From: Vermamoeba vermiformis
Lineage: Eukaryota
Assembly: GCA_045837725.1 (NCBI GenBank)
Contig: JBEWZL010000127.1
Location: 186,001 to 250,000 of the forward strand
Length of the DNA stretch: 64,000 nucleotides
Direction: 5' to 3'
The translations under genes and the position numbers were made by a program. Position 1 is the first letter of the stretch. Each line of letters opens with the position of its first letter. Below are positions 50,012 through 62,571 of the stretch, piece after piece. Below the pieces are notes generated by a model, which saw nothing but the letters and a program-made list of their open reading frames with translations, searched no databases and was not told the DNA's origin.

Positions 50012-51401
50012 ATGGAAGATCGACGGAATAAATACACGCTTCCCAACGAGATTTGGATTCACATCCTCAGCTTTGTTGAAGACTTGCACTCAATAATCGC
50101 AGCCAAGCGTGTTAATAAATTATTTTATAATTATATGAAGCCAAGGAGTACGCTGAAATCGATAAAGGACATCGTTTGGGACGACGGTAAATACAATGAA
50201 AATTATAAATTTAATCCTTTCGTTAATTTATGCTAAATAAAATCGCATTCGTGAGAGTACTAATATAATTCAGAGGTTATAAACTTATTTGCCTCGCGTA
50301 AGGAGCCCAACCGGCTGTCAGAAAAGCAAATTTGCGAAAAGTAAGCTGAGTTAACAAAATTAAACTAATAAAACAATACTAACATATAATAAGACTAAAG
50401 AAAGAAGTGGCGTATAAAGTAACAATCGCTGGTGCAGAAGGCTCCGGAAAAACTCTACTCAGAGCCTCGATGGTTAGTTATTGTTAACATATCTTTAAAC
50501 TTCATTTCTCTATCAGCACTAATATGTAATTGCTAGGCAGGGATTGATGTTGAAGGAACGATTCCGGTACGTGACAAATAAGAATGTTGGAAATTTCAGG
50601 GTTAACATCTGATAAGGTGACAATTTTATTTCGAAGTTCCAATGGCTTCTTGAGTAAGATGAATATGGTATGATACTAGTATTAATCTATAAAGACATAA
50701 AATAGCTAATTTAAGCATGTCTAATAATTATTAATTGTAGTGGGAATGGTGGGAGGTGAGCTATGAAATTGCAGAAATTTGAAATATCAGTACTGACGAT
50801 ATTTCCATAAAAGGAAAAAGTAGGACACCATTTTGATCAGTACAGACCCAGACCAAGCCAATTTTTTAGTGGTTCAAAAGCGATTGTTTTGTTGTTCGCG
50901 CTTGACAACAGATCCCATTTCAAAGAACTCGTTGAAAAGTGGCTAAAAATGATCTACATTATTAGCGAAAGAGTAAATGTAGACGCAGTTGAATTTTTCT
51001 TGGTAGGAACGAAACTGGATCTCGGTAAACGAGAAGTGTCCTTACATGAAGCTAAAGTACGGCTTCGTTAATATCAATTATCCTTGTATATAATATTAAT
51101 AGTCTCGTAGATGCTAGCACACGAACTTAAAATGCATTACTACGAGATAGACGTAAATAATCAGCAGCATCGAGAAGAGTTGAAAAATGCAATTAACCAT
51201 GCCGCCTTGGAGATCATCATGTATGGAATATTATTATATTTAATGTAATGTACTCATTGTTATATGCTTTTAAGTCACCACGAAGCTCTTGAAATAGAAA
51301 AGTCAAACGGCGGATTTAGGCTGGATTCAACAAACTCCGGTCAAGCCAACAAGAATGATCCTACTTCCCAGGATTCCAAATCTCGCTGCGTAGTATGTTA
51401 A
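50012..51401 (+). CDS. F-box + atypical Rab/Ras-like GTPase with C-terminal CVVC
   Basis: F-box LPNEIWIHILSF...RVNKLFY; P-loop GAEGSGKT; G4 LVGTKLDL; ends SRCVVC*. About 9 short exons, including a 15-nt exon. Confidence 0.75.
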
Positions 51402-51575
51402 TTACAGCATATATTAATCCATTGAAGAGTCGTAGAATAGCAATAAATTTTCGAGATCTGAAAATGTTTATTAAAGAATTCTATGTTACATTTGTTTTTC
51501 GCATTTTTTTTCGCATGATGAGCCTTCTATTTGTTCAATATAAGAGCTACATCAATTTTGTCGTTTTAAAACTAT

Positions 51576-53768
51576 TTACAAGAAGAAAGTTGGCAAGCTC
51601 GATGGTTCGGTCTTTTCCATCAAGTTGCTCGATGAGACAGCGTTGAATTGGATACTAATTATAATATTAGTAATTATTATAAGAAGTAATATATAGCTGA
51701 GATTAACTTACAATTGCTTCGTACGCTCTTCGCCTTCGGATTTCAACACCAAAATTGCAGCTTGGTTGCCAGATCTGCGCATGTAATTCGGTGCTGAGAA
51801 CAAAGTCACTACTAAGCCATTGTGATGAATCTCGAAGCCTTGCATTGTCAACTGATGTGCTCTAAAAAGTACATCCGGTAAGTAAAATCAAAGTGGTTGC
51901 TGCACAAAAATACTGAATAGAGCCTGTTCAACTAATGACATAATTTAAGGCTATCATATGCAATAAGTCGAAAACAAATGATTCGCATCGTTTGTACTGG
52001 AATGAATCGTGACTTAACTGATCGCGATTAAGTCACGATGCTTTTTGTAACGGAGAATGACTTACCTAACAATCAATTCGAGACCATTAGCCGCGCAAAA
52101 CTCTTGCGAGACATCACCGCCCCATAAATATCCGCAGCCACGTGTTGAGCGGTAAAATCCATCCATATCGTGTGGATCTGACCACAACAAGTCTGCTACC
52201 AGTCCTTCGAAGGGAATCTCTTGAAATCTGCTGATCGCATTGATTTGATTCAATTGAGTGAAGTTCGGTGATAAGCCTCCGTGCACACAGAACACCTACG
52301 TTACAAAAAGTTAGATGCGTTCAAAAAACCATCGAAACGTGGGACTGCACATATTAAATAGTAATAATTAAGAAATATATTAGGGCGTACCTTCTTATCA
52401 ATGGTGGCACACAAAGGTAAATGATCGAACACTTCGTTCAAAAGTCGCCAGGGCAGATCGTCACTGTACTTGTGCAAGGACTCGCTTAAAAAGCCATACC
52501 TAGCCATCATGTTAATATGCAATATAATTAATATTAAGGGACTTACAGCTGATTTACAATTCGGCTCTCGTGATTACCGCGCAACAAGTGGATCTTCTGC
52601 GGGTATCTATGTGATGCGGAAATTAATATAAATCGTCGTTATATGTACGATAATAGTGCAGTATAATAATATTTTGATATTAGTATTCCATAGAATAACA
52701 TGCTAGTCTCGTGTAACGATAGTAAAAATTTTGTTGGATGTACTCACTTGATTTTGTAGCAGAGGAGCAACGATATGGTCTCGATGGATTGAGGTCCTCG
52801 ATCAACATAATCTCCCAAAAATAGATAATTTGTGTCCGGGATTTCTCCGCCTAATAATAAATGTCAAAATCATCATGAACAAAATTATCGGATCTGTTTT
52901 CTACAACTTCAAGAAATATTTGCTATTTTTCATATGATTATATTGAGCGTTAATATAGGTTCTTCATGGTTTGGTGTCTCATTAACAATTAAAATCATGA
53001 CACAAAAAAGTTGATCTTTTTGGCGTTTTAAAAATATCCGGTATATTATTAGCTTATTAATAAATTACTTAAATAATTAAGCCATGCTATAAATTGCACG
53101 TACCTAGCTTGAAGAGATTGAGCAGATCTTGATATTGGCCGTGGATGTCTCCGCAAAGCGTGATTGGCGTTTGCAAAGTTAACATTGTTGATTCGTGCGA
53201 TAATATTTGCTTGGCCTATATAATAGGAGCATATTTAATAAGACTGTCATCGGCGTATCGAAGTTACCGGAAAAATTTAATTTTTGGAATGTTACTCGAT
53301 CCAGTTGATTTTGAAAAATTATAACTTGATTGCCGCTGATTTTACTATACATATTAATATAGCTATAAAAATTCGATAGTTGAACGTGTCCGGATCCCGC
53401 CAAAGTTGCGAATAAATTAAAAAAGTTAAATATCAACCATTTATCTCAGTTACCTTTTCACAGACATGCTTTAATTGTCCAATAGGCAAATATTTCGATT
53501 CTCGTAATTGTTCAATGCACTGGTCTAAATTAAACGCATCTGCAGTTGGAGGCAATGAATCTGCTGTTTGCAGTTGATAATGCAAGCTTCCTGCTTGCAA
53601 ATCAAAATGTCCTGAGCAATTCGGCGAATCATCGTCATCGTTTTCTTCGAACTCCATCGGATCATGCTGAATCTGTTCTGTCAAGGATGAAATGGTCTCA
53701 TCCGTTGCTGATGCGAAAGCAAGAGCTACGTCTGCATCATTATGTGAAATTAAATCGCCGATATTCAT
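51576..53768 (-). CDS. PPP-family Ser/Thr phosphatase, PP2A/PP4/PP6-like, with acidic N-terminal extension
   Basis: [43 protein letters not shown] and FSAPNY motifs. Ends LPTFFL*. Confidence 0.9.
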
Positions 53769-54919
53769 AGGTTAATATATACAAGTCTGTCGGCCTTTGT
53801 GTTGTTCTGTTCAGCCACAAAAGACAAAAAACAGTTGTTGCGCGCCATCCAAAAAATGTTGGCACGCGACGAAATTTTCGTCAGATTTCTCGTTTAGGCT
53901 CAATAGGGTGGACTGGTACAATCTGTGCTTGCTGCAGTGCACCGGAAGAGGAGGGAAATGAACGAGCCAGGACAGCGCAAATTCGAATGCCCAGCTATCC
54001 GGGGAAAGGTAACATCTCGGGCGCCCGATTTTTTGGAAAAATCGATGTTGTTAAAATTCTCTGTCGGTATTGTCCATAGTAGTGTTAATATTACAGCAGT
54101 ACTGGCAAAATATTTCAATCTAAGAGCTGTGTAAGAGTTTGAATGCGAGACTATTTATTTTTTTTTTTACCACTTTTGTCGCTAAAACTGGCCCAATAAG
54201 GCAGCTAACATTAGAAAGGATGTGGTTTACATTATAGTACTGCCATTAGGACCTTTAACAGTGCCGGGCTCCGGTACGATAACAACAATGTCGAGAATCG
54301 GTTTACCAGTCTCTGGGCTAAGCATTCTGCCGTCGCCGTCGCAGCCACCGTATGGGTAATCGTTGTATTCCATTTATGTTGGTCAAATGATTTGAATTGT
54401 CGTTAAAGCGAAAGGAAACAAATTTTTTTTTTATTTTCGTCCTGTTCCGCTTTCTTACGCTTGAGGGTATTAAATTATTTATATATAGTTTAAATCCTGC
54501 GTATTTTTTATCAATTTGAAACCAAACCCGCCACAATAAAGTCTTCATCGACGCCATGTCTTCCTTTTGAGGCATGACGTAGTGACACCAAGAAATTCAT
54601 CGGCTGCCCTCATAGAGTTTCTCAATAGAACAATCCGGCCGTCGTCTCAAAAACATTGGTGTTACCATTGCACAACTAGGCAACATCTGACATCCAAGTG
54701 TAGTATGAAACTCAATCGACTGTATTACGCTGGACGACCCGAAAAACGACTTCTTATCACATCTATCCAGTGCACCAGTAACCACTTTCGAACTGCAGTA
54801 GTAGGAAGATGCATGTAAGATTGCGCAATTATTGCAATTTGCGTGAGATAATGTCGCGTGCTGGTAACCGGATGCAAACGAAATTTTTTTAATCATCTCG
54901 TTCACCGCAACGATTTCCA

Positions 54920-54985
54920 AAATTTTTTTTGTTTTTTTTTTTTTTTTTTTTTGGTTTTTTACCACCCTTTTTTTATTTTTTTTTA
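54920..54985. repeat. Poly(T)-rich tract
   Basis: Several long T runs seen directly. Confidence 0.85.
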
Positions 54986-55209
54986 GTGGAACTCCAGTTG
55001 AGGAACAACAACAATGAATTTACATACAACGGATAATCTTGGTATCCAACGCTACGATATGCAAGCTAATTTTGTTAACAATGCATTTTTTTTTTTTGGG
55101 GGGAATCAGGTGAGGTGACAAAAATACTGTTTTCTCTCCGAGTGAAGCCATTTTCGAACGGTGTATTTACATGACTATAAGCGTATGTATAAATGAAACA
55201 AAGATGTTT

Positions 55210-57180
55210 TTACAAGAGATCGGCTTCGTTTTCCTCGTACTGAACTGAGCTTTGACGGGACATTTGAATAAGAGCAGCATCAGCTAAGACAAGTGCAGCC
55301 ATAGTCTCAACGATAGAAATAGCGCGAGGTACAACACACTGAAAGGAATAAAGTTAGGTTTTTGAAACAGATCGAGATCGGGTGTTGCACGTACCGGATC
55401 GTGGCGTCCCTTAGCTTGCAAGACGGCGGGATCTCCCTCATAGGTAGCAGTCGGCTATGTGATGATGATAATATGAGTAATATGTTTATAATATGCTAAG
55501 GTACGTCGTGTAAAGTACCTGATCTCGACTGATCGTAGCGGCAGGTTTGAAAGCCACGCGGAAAACTACGGGCTCACCGTTGCTAATTCCACCTTGAATA
55601 CCACCGCTATTGTTAGTCACAGTGCCTAATCGACCGTCTGCTCGCTTCACGAACGGATCGTTGTGCTGACTACCAGTCATTCTTGAACCACTGAAACCAG
55701 ATCCGATTTCAAAACCTTGCACACGTGTTAGTATTGTACCACGAAAGGAAGGTAAAGATAGAATCTTTGCAAAGACTTACCTTTAGTTGCAGGAATTGAA
55801 AGCATGGCGTGAGCTAACAATGCTTCAAGTTTGTCGAAAGCAAGGCTCACCCCAGCCAGGCGGCACATTACGGCACACGCACGTGATCACACCGCCAATG
55901 CTGTCGTTTGCAGCTTTAGCTTCAGTGATGGCTTTAGCCATTTGTTCTGAGGCTTCAAGATCGGGACAACGAACAGGCGATTTATCGACCTAAATGGCAA
56001 AAACGATCAGTTTTGATTGTTATCGCTAAAGTATATACTCAATATAATAATTGTAATAGTTTATGGCAAACAGTCGGACAAGGATCCAAAAAGAATTGCC
56101 AAAAATGGTGAAGAAGCTGGATCAGGATTTAATCGTGGTTCATTAAAACGTTGCTATTGATACTTACGATTTCGCGTGTTATTTCCAGAGGCTTGACGAC
56201 ATCATTATTCATATCGATGGTATGAATCGAACTGACCCACGCGACAATTTCAATGCCGAATCGTTCTTTCAACCACTTCTCTGCCACTGCTCCTGCTGCT
56301 ACTCTACCTACATATACGTATTAATTACTGTTGGTAACATATTTGAACCATATTGGTCTTTAAAAAGAATTTTTCGAGATCCAGTACGTTCTCGGATGTT
56401 CGAACTTAAAAAAGAATATAGCGAAATCAGTAACTTGTCTATCAATTAGTGAGTGATAGCCAACAACTCGATGACGCATATAATATGCTTCAGCTATGTT
56501 TTGGTGCATTGTCAAGCGAGATCTTGTCGCGTACCTATCGTTTCTCGAGCTGAAGCTCTGCCACCACCGCTAGAGGCCTTGAGACCATACTTCATTTGAT
56601 AAGTATAATCTGCGTGCGAGGGACGAGGTACATTGCTCATAGCTGAACAGAATTACGTTAAAACAAAGTCATCCGTGGCTCGGGTCAAACCGATCCGTAA
56701 ACGGTCGTATAAATTATTATGGGATTATTACGTGGGCTTACATTTGTAGTCACCGGGTCTTTGATCAAGATTAGCAACGAATAAGCTCAATGGTGTGCCA
56801 AGTGTTTTGCCGTTTTCGACACCCGACTGGATGACGACTTGATCTGCCTCGTCACGCTAAAATAAATAATCGATATTATTAATATGTAGCAGTATAATAA
56901 AAATAACGATATTTAGTTGTTTGAACGCGATAAAGTTCGCTAGAAAAATTTACTAATTTTTTCAATAATTCAAATCCACTCTGCTTCAATCAATTCGTCT
57001 CATATTACTTACAGCAGTCGTTAAAGCACTTTGTCCAGGTCTTCTACGAGACAGTTGAGGCTGGATGTCGGATTCAGAGAGTTTCATACCAGGTGGAACA
57101 TTCTCGACGATTACACCGACACCCTTGCCGTGAGACTCGCCAAAAGTTGTAATACGGAATAAACGACCAAATGAGCTCAT
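55210..57180 (-). CDS. aroC: Chorismate synthase
   Basis: [49 protein letters not shown] and GRHDPCVVPRA motifs. About 8 exons. Confidence 0.96.
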
Positions 57181-57660
57181 AGTCTTATGTTGTTCTTCTA
57201 GAATATTTGTTTACTATCGACAGAGCCAGGTCCCAAAAAGGGCACTTGAATGAAAATTCCGCTTTGAAAAAAATCTGACCGTCGTCAAACACGCTTAATT
57301 ATTAATTTCAAGTGGCACAATACCATGACGCAGTAATTTTATTAAAAGGAACCACAAAAGTCGAGGTAAGGATGGAGTCAAATTAAGCTTTAATTCAAAT
57401 TAAAATCTTTTTGATCTGGATCTGCAACAATTTGACCAATAAATTTATTTCTTGTAGTCGAGATTATTTAATAGCCCGATAATATTTATGATTAAGTAAG
57501 ACCGCGTCAATATATAACTAATAAATTCTCAATTTAATCATTGGCATCAACACAAAGGTGCTGTAGGCTCATTAACAATCTTTTACTAATATTTACTAAT
57601 ATATTATATTATTACTATAATAAATTAATATTTTTTAATACTTGTATTCAGTGAAACGCA

Positions 57661-59171
57661 ATGGAAACCAACACGCCCATTTTTCCGACGGAAATTCAAG
57701 CCCTCATTGCCTCATACCTCTCAGATTCTGATATAGCATCATATAGAGCAGTTAATACTTATTGGCGTCATATTCTCTCGCCGTTTTGTTGGCGCAGATT
57801 GAAACGATTTCAAAATTTGAATTTTTATCGTGGCGTCCAATTCAAATATTTGCGACGACTATTAGAGCACGTAGAAGGTTAGCATAATAACACTCTATAG
57901 TATTATTATTATTACTTTATTGTATTTTTGGTGCGAGATCTAATTGCAGGTGTTTTTTAGATCCGCTGAATTTGCTGTTAGTCCGCGGAGATTTTACACA
58001 AGGAACAGAATTACAAGAATTACGAAAATTAACAAATTTATATGGACTACGATTCATTCAATGTCGATTGCCAAATGACTACATCCAACAACTGGCGCAA
58101 TTTACAAATTTGACTTCATTACGAGAAGATCATAATTATAGCAAAGTAGAGCCACAAATGTACTTGCATTTATCAACACTAACAAATTTACGGCATTTGG
58201 GCATTGATACAGAGAATATCGATAGAGCAATGGACGAATTTTTGTTAGCACATCTGACGGATTTGACAAAACTAGAAGATTTGCCATTTTCCATAAACGG
58301 CGATAGTATAATAGAATTAGCATCGCATTTCAAGAACTTAACGTCGATAATTATAGAAAGAAATATTGTTACGGATCGAGGAATTAGAAATTTGACCAGT
58401 TTGACAAAATTGGAAAGTTTAAATTTGATAAAATGTTCAGCGATCAGTGACAGCGTGGTCAAAGAATTTTCAACGCTAACGAAGCTCAAGAACCTCGGTA
58501 TTAACAGTTGTTCCGCTTTGACAACGGATGCGTTGACTGGATTCAGCAAGTGCACTCAACTCGAAGTATTTGGATTACTAGCATCGCCTCATATAGACTC
58601 GTTGTCGCCATTGGTCAATTGCGTTAATTTGCAGCGGATAGTATTGACGCACTGCTATTTGGAGACTTGGGGCTTGGCACCACTACGACACTTTGAACAT
58701 TTGACGCAATTAGATTGCAGCAATTTCTTGCAATTGAAAGACCCTGGTCTAAAATACTTCAATTTGACTAGTTTAAGAACATTAAGTCTTCGCGGAGATG
58801 CAAATATCACTGACGAAGGATTAAAATTTTTATCGGATCTGACGGATCTGCAACACTTGGAGCTTGGGATTTGCGAGAAAGTGACCGATGAAGGATTGAA
58901 GCATTTAGATCGATTAGTCGGATTGACTTATTTAGGCATGTTATCGTTAGTCAGAATCACCGACAAAGGTGTCGAATATTTGACAGCTTTGACACGTCTA
59001 CAACACGTCGATTTTTCCGCGTGTCGCGTGACAGATGCAGCAGTACGATTCTTTGTCGGCAAGAATTTACACAAATTGGATATTTACAATTGTCCGAACA
59101 TAACACGCCAAGGCATTTCTTTGCGTGACAGGATAACGAGCTATGATTATAACTTTTACGATAGCTTTTGA
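57661..59171 (+). CDS. F-box/LRR protein (FBXL14-like repeats)
   Basis: F-box FPTEIQALIASYL...RAVNTYW; intron ~57878-57961; repeated ITDEGLKxLxxL LRRs. Confidence 0.88.
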
Positions 59172-59327
59172 TTGTAAATATAATAAATGGTGTGTGTGAT
59201 TAGTATCGCTCTTTATGGAGAATAGCGATCGTATGCTATTTTAATTTAACAAAAAACATTTCTGCGAATTTATTAGTTTTGTAAGAAGAGATTTAACCGG
59301 AGATTAATAATCTTCACGTAATGTTTC

Positions 59328-61109
59328 TCAATGCAAAGAACAACAAAACGGCAAGGCTTGCAGAATACTATCCTCATCTACTTTTCGTGCTTCCAGAAAC
59401 AATCGTTGCAATCGTGAAAGCTTCTGTAAGCACGAGATCGATTCACTAGTAGCACGTACTTCCAAACTTGTTAAGTACTGCAACGTGGCGATTGTTGCAA
59501 GATCCACGGTATTGGTAATTGCGCATAATTCTCGCAATTTCGTTAGTAGCGCCATCTCTTCATAATTCTGTAATAGACGGTGATCGTGATAATAAGCAGT
59601 ATTGTTGAATACGAGGCTCGTTAAATTTGACAATGTTGATAATCCGGTAATTACCAGGCTCACCGACTGATTAGTGTAGATTTCCAACTGCTCCAAATTA
59701 GTTAGGTGAACTGCGTTGAGGCTAGTGTAGTATCCAAATAATTTGAGTGAAGTCAATCGGCTCATTTCTTGTAAATTCACGGCCGCAGGGTTTCGCGAGA
59801 ACCTAAGGAGCTTCAAATCGACCAAATTTGGAAGTCCTGCCAGCCATTCTTCTGGTAATATATCGTATTGCATATGCAGTTTTTCCAAAAATATTAATTT
59901 GGCTGGTGCTAAAGTTGTCGGATCGGATGTCAGATTCAGATCCAGATCCACGAGTTTCGTGAACTTGGCAAAGGCATTATAATTATCGCCCTTCAATGCA
60001 ATCTTCAATCTCGTAACTTTCTCTGGATCGAGGTGTTGTAAAATAGTTGAATTGGTATGATCGGTGGAAATGACGCACGACTCCAATTGCAATAAATTGT
60101 AATTGAGCATATTAATATCATTGCATTGCAAATATTTAAGTTGCGTCATTTGTTCGGTGCAGTCAATCTTCTTTAAATTGTTAATTTGCAATTTGGTCAA
60201 TTTTGGTGGATAGACCACTGGGATAGTTGTAATCAATTCTTCTAAATTTGTAAGTTTTTCTGTTGCTCTGATCGGCTGTAAATAGTTCCAATCATGGTTA
60301 TTGAATGACCGAATTTCAAGTTTTCGGAGATTCGTTGGCACTTCAGGCAGATCCGGGGGAACAAATAATTTGAGCTCTGTTAGTCTAGTATTATCATCGT
60401 CAAATCCTATATTAAAATTATCATCGTGGCTGTCAAAATCAAGTGCTTCTAATGTAGTTGGTGTCATGGCAAATGGGCTTGATGTTTTTAATCTCTTCAA
60501 ATTTGTTAACTTTCGATATGTTATAGCCTTGAAGAGGGCACGTGATTGTTAATGACTGCAAATTGACCAAGTCTGGCGGTAGTTCTAGTAATTTCAGTCG
60601 CAAATCCAGCTCGGTAAGTTGCGTCAATTTGCTGATCGCTTGTTCAAAGTGCTTGGAGGTCATTAATTGTGTATTAACGAATCTTGAGGCATTGTTCAAA
60701 TAGTCTAGTTTCATGAACTTGATTCCAATAGGGTTTTTATGTCGACCAAAGCAACGAGAAAATTCTTCGACTTCGGATGCGAGCAAAAGTCCAATTCTGA
60801 ATTGATTGTAATTGATATGATCGAACCATAGTTGACAAACTAGTCGTATTCGGCGTCTTTCAGCATCGCTCGTGATAAACGAAAGAATGTAGTCTCGTAC
60901 TTCGGGTGGAAGATCCGAAAAGAAATTATTATCCTAGCAATTAATCAAAATTAAGTTCACGCTAACCTATGGTATAATTATAAACGTACCTCTTCATAGT
61001 GATTTTTGCCAGTCTTAATTTTTTTATTAGACGAAAATTCAGTCTCGTCTTCTGTGTGATCTAATCTTCTTTTCGTTGGGACTAAACGGTTACTGTCGTG
61101 ATCTATCAT
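59328..61109 (-). CDS. F-box/LRR protein (one apparent +1 frameshift)
   Basis: F-box DLPPEVRDYILSF...RLVCQLW after intron ~60933-60990; LRRs. The frame switches at ~60511. Confidence 0.75.
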
Positions 61110-61273
61110 TTCTTGTTAATTATAATGCAACAAATAGACAACCGTTTGTTCTTAGATAGAAATACGCAGTTGTGTGACTTTGTTGCGTGGTGATAAAAAA
61201 CTAGTTAACTTTTCTCTTGCCGTTATTTTCACCACAAAACGCGACTACATCGCAACAAATTATTAACTACAAT

Positions 61274-62472
61274 ATGGCTGATAGAATTACGGACGCTGAA
61301 CTCGAGCAGAAAGTCAACGAGGTGTACAAGTTGAACATTGATGGTCAATCTAAGTTCTTCTTGAAACAATTCGTTATGGACTTCTTTGGTAAATTCGAAG
61401 AGGTAACAATATTAAAGAATTTATGGACTATTCAAAGTTAATTTAAAAAGCGAAAAATATCTGGTGACATCCTGACAGAATCTTTTCGATTATTTTGATA
61501 AAATTAATTTGTTATCAAATCGCAGAACGTAACTTAATTATATTCAATCTATAGGTTTTAGATTTAGCCGAAGAGTTCAAAAAATTTGACGAGAACAACG
61601 ACCAGATCTTGGATGAGTTTGAAGGCTTGAGATTTCTTGAATCAAGAGCTAAGCCAATGACTTTCGTCTCGTTCAGAGAAAACTTTAGATCAATTGATAT
61701 CAACAAATCTAGAAGCATCAGATTTATTGAGGTAAGAGCGAAAATAACGCGCGAGAAAAAGCTGAAGTGCCTTTTCACCCAATTGTGGTTATTATTTCTT
61801 GGTATTAACCACTTTAAATAGTGGGCATTATTCCTATACAAGCGATCGTGGAAGGAATTGTTCTTCCCGCCTGGTGGTGCCTCGCCCGAGTTGATCGCAG
61901 CTATGGAAAAAGCCGTGGAGGATTTCCAAGCCGTAGTTGAGAAGCGAAAAGGTACGACTTTATTTTTAATAATAATTGCCAAGTATAACTCTGCTTCTTT
62001 AAATTTCATTTAAACGCAAAATTGGATCCGTTTTGAGGAGGTCAATCTAACGAAATTTTGTAGCCCGCGAAGCAAAGATGACTCAATTAGAAAATGCAGC
62101 CAAGCAAGGAGGTGTCAAGGGTAATGCAGCAGGAAATGAATTAGGTAAGTCAAGTATAATGAATAATAGGAACTTGCCCGTCAAGATCCACCTTCGCAAA
62201 ACTAACTTTTTTCTATAAAAGCGCAAATGAAGTCACAAGATTCAACTGAAGCCAATAGAGAATTGATTACTAAAGAGGCTGCTAAAAAGAGACTTATTAA
62301 AGCCGTCGAAAACGCCAAGACCGTTCCGGATTCAGCTCGTCAAGAAGCTTTGAAGAAAGAAGAGGCTCGCTTGAAAGCCGAGGAAGAAAAGAAAAAACGC
62401 GAGGAAGAACAGCAAAGACAGGCTTCGAGACAGCGATTGGCTGATAAGGCAAAGTTATGGGAGCAGAAATAA
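61274..62472 (+). CDS. EF-hand, calcium-regulated actin-bundling protein (Dictyostelium ABP34-like)
   Basis: EF-hand-like DENNDQILDEFE and IDINKSRSIRFIE; GGVKGNAAGNELAQM motif shared with the ABP34 C-terminal domain; coiled-coil tail. Five exons. Confidence 0.75.
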
Positions 62473-62571
62473 ATGCTCGCAATTATCATTCTGAAACTGA
62501 ATTTATTTGGAAATTTACAAGAACTTATTAATATGCAACTATCCGTACATACGGAATATATTCAAGAGTGC

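Noticed and set aside
53897-53969. tRNA-like 73-nt segment (GGCTC...GAGCCA)
   Set aside because: Only 5 acceptor-stem pairs, with no TTCG T-loop and no anticodon stem.
54694-54706. U2 snRNA branch-pairing motif CAAGTGTAGTAT
   Set aside because: The flanks lack the U2 5' stem-loop and the Sm site.
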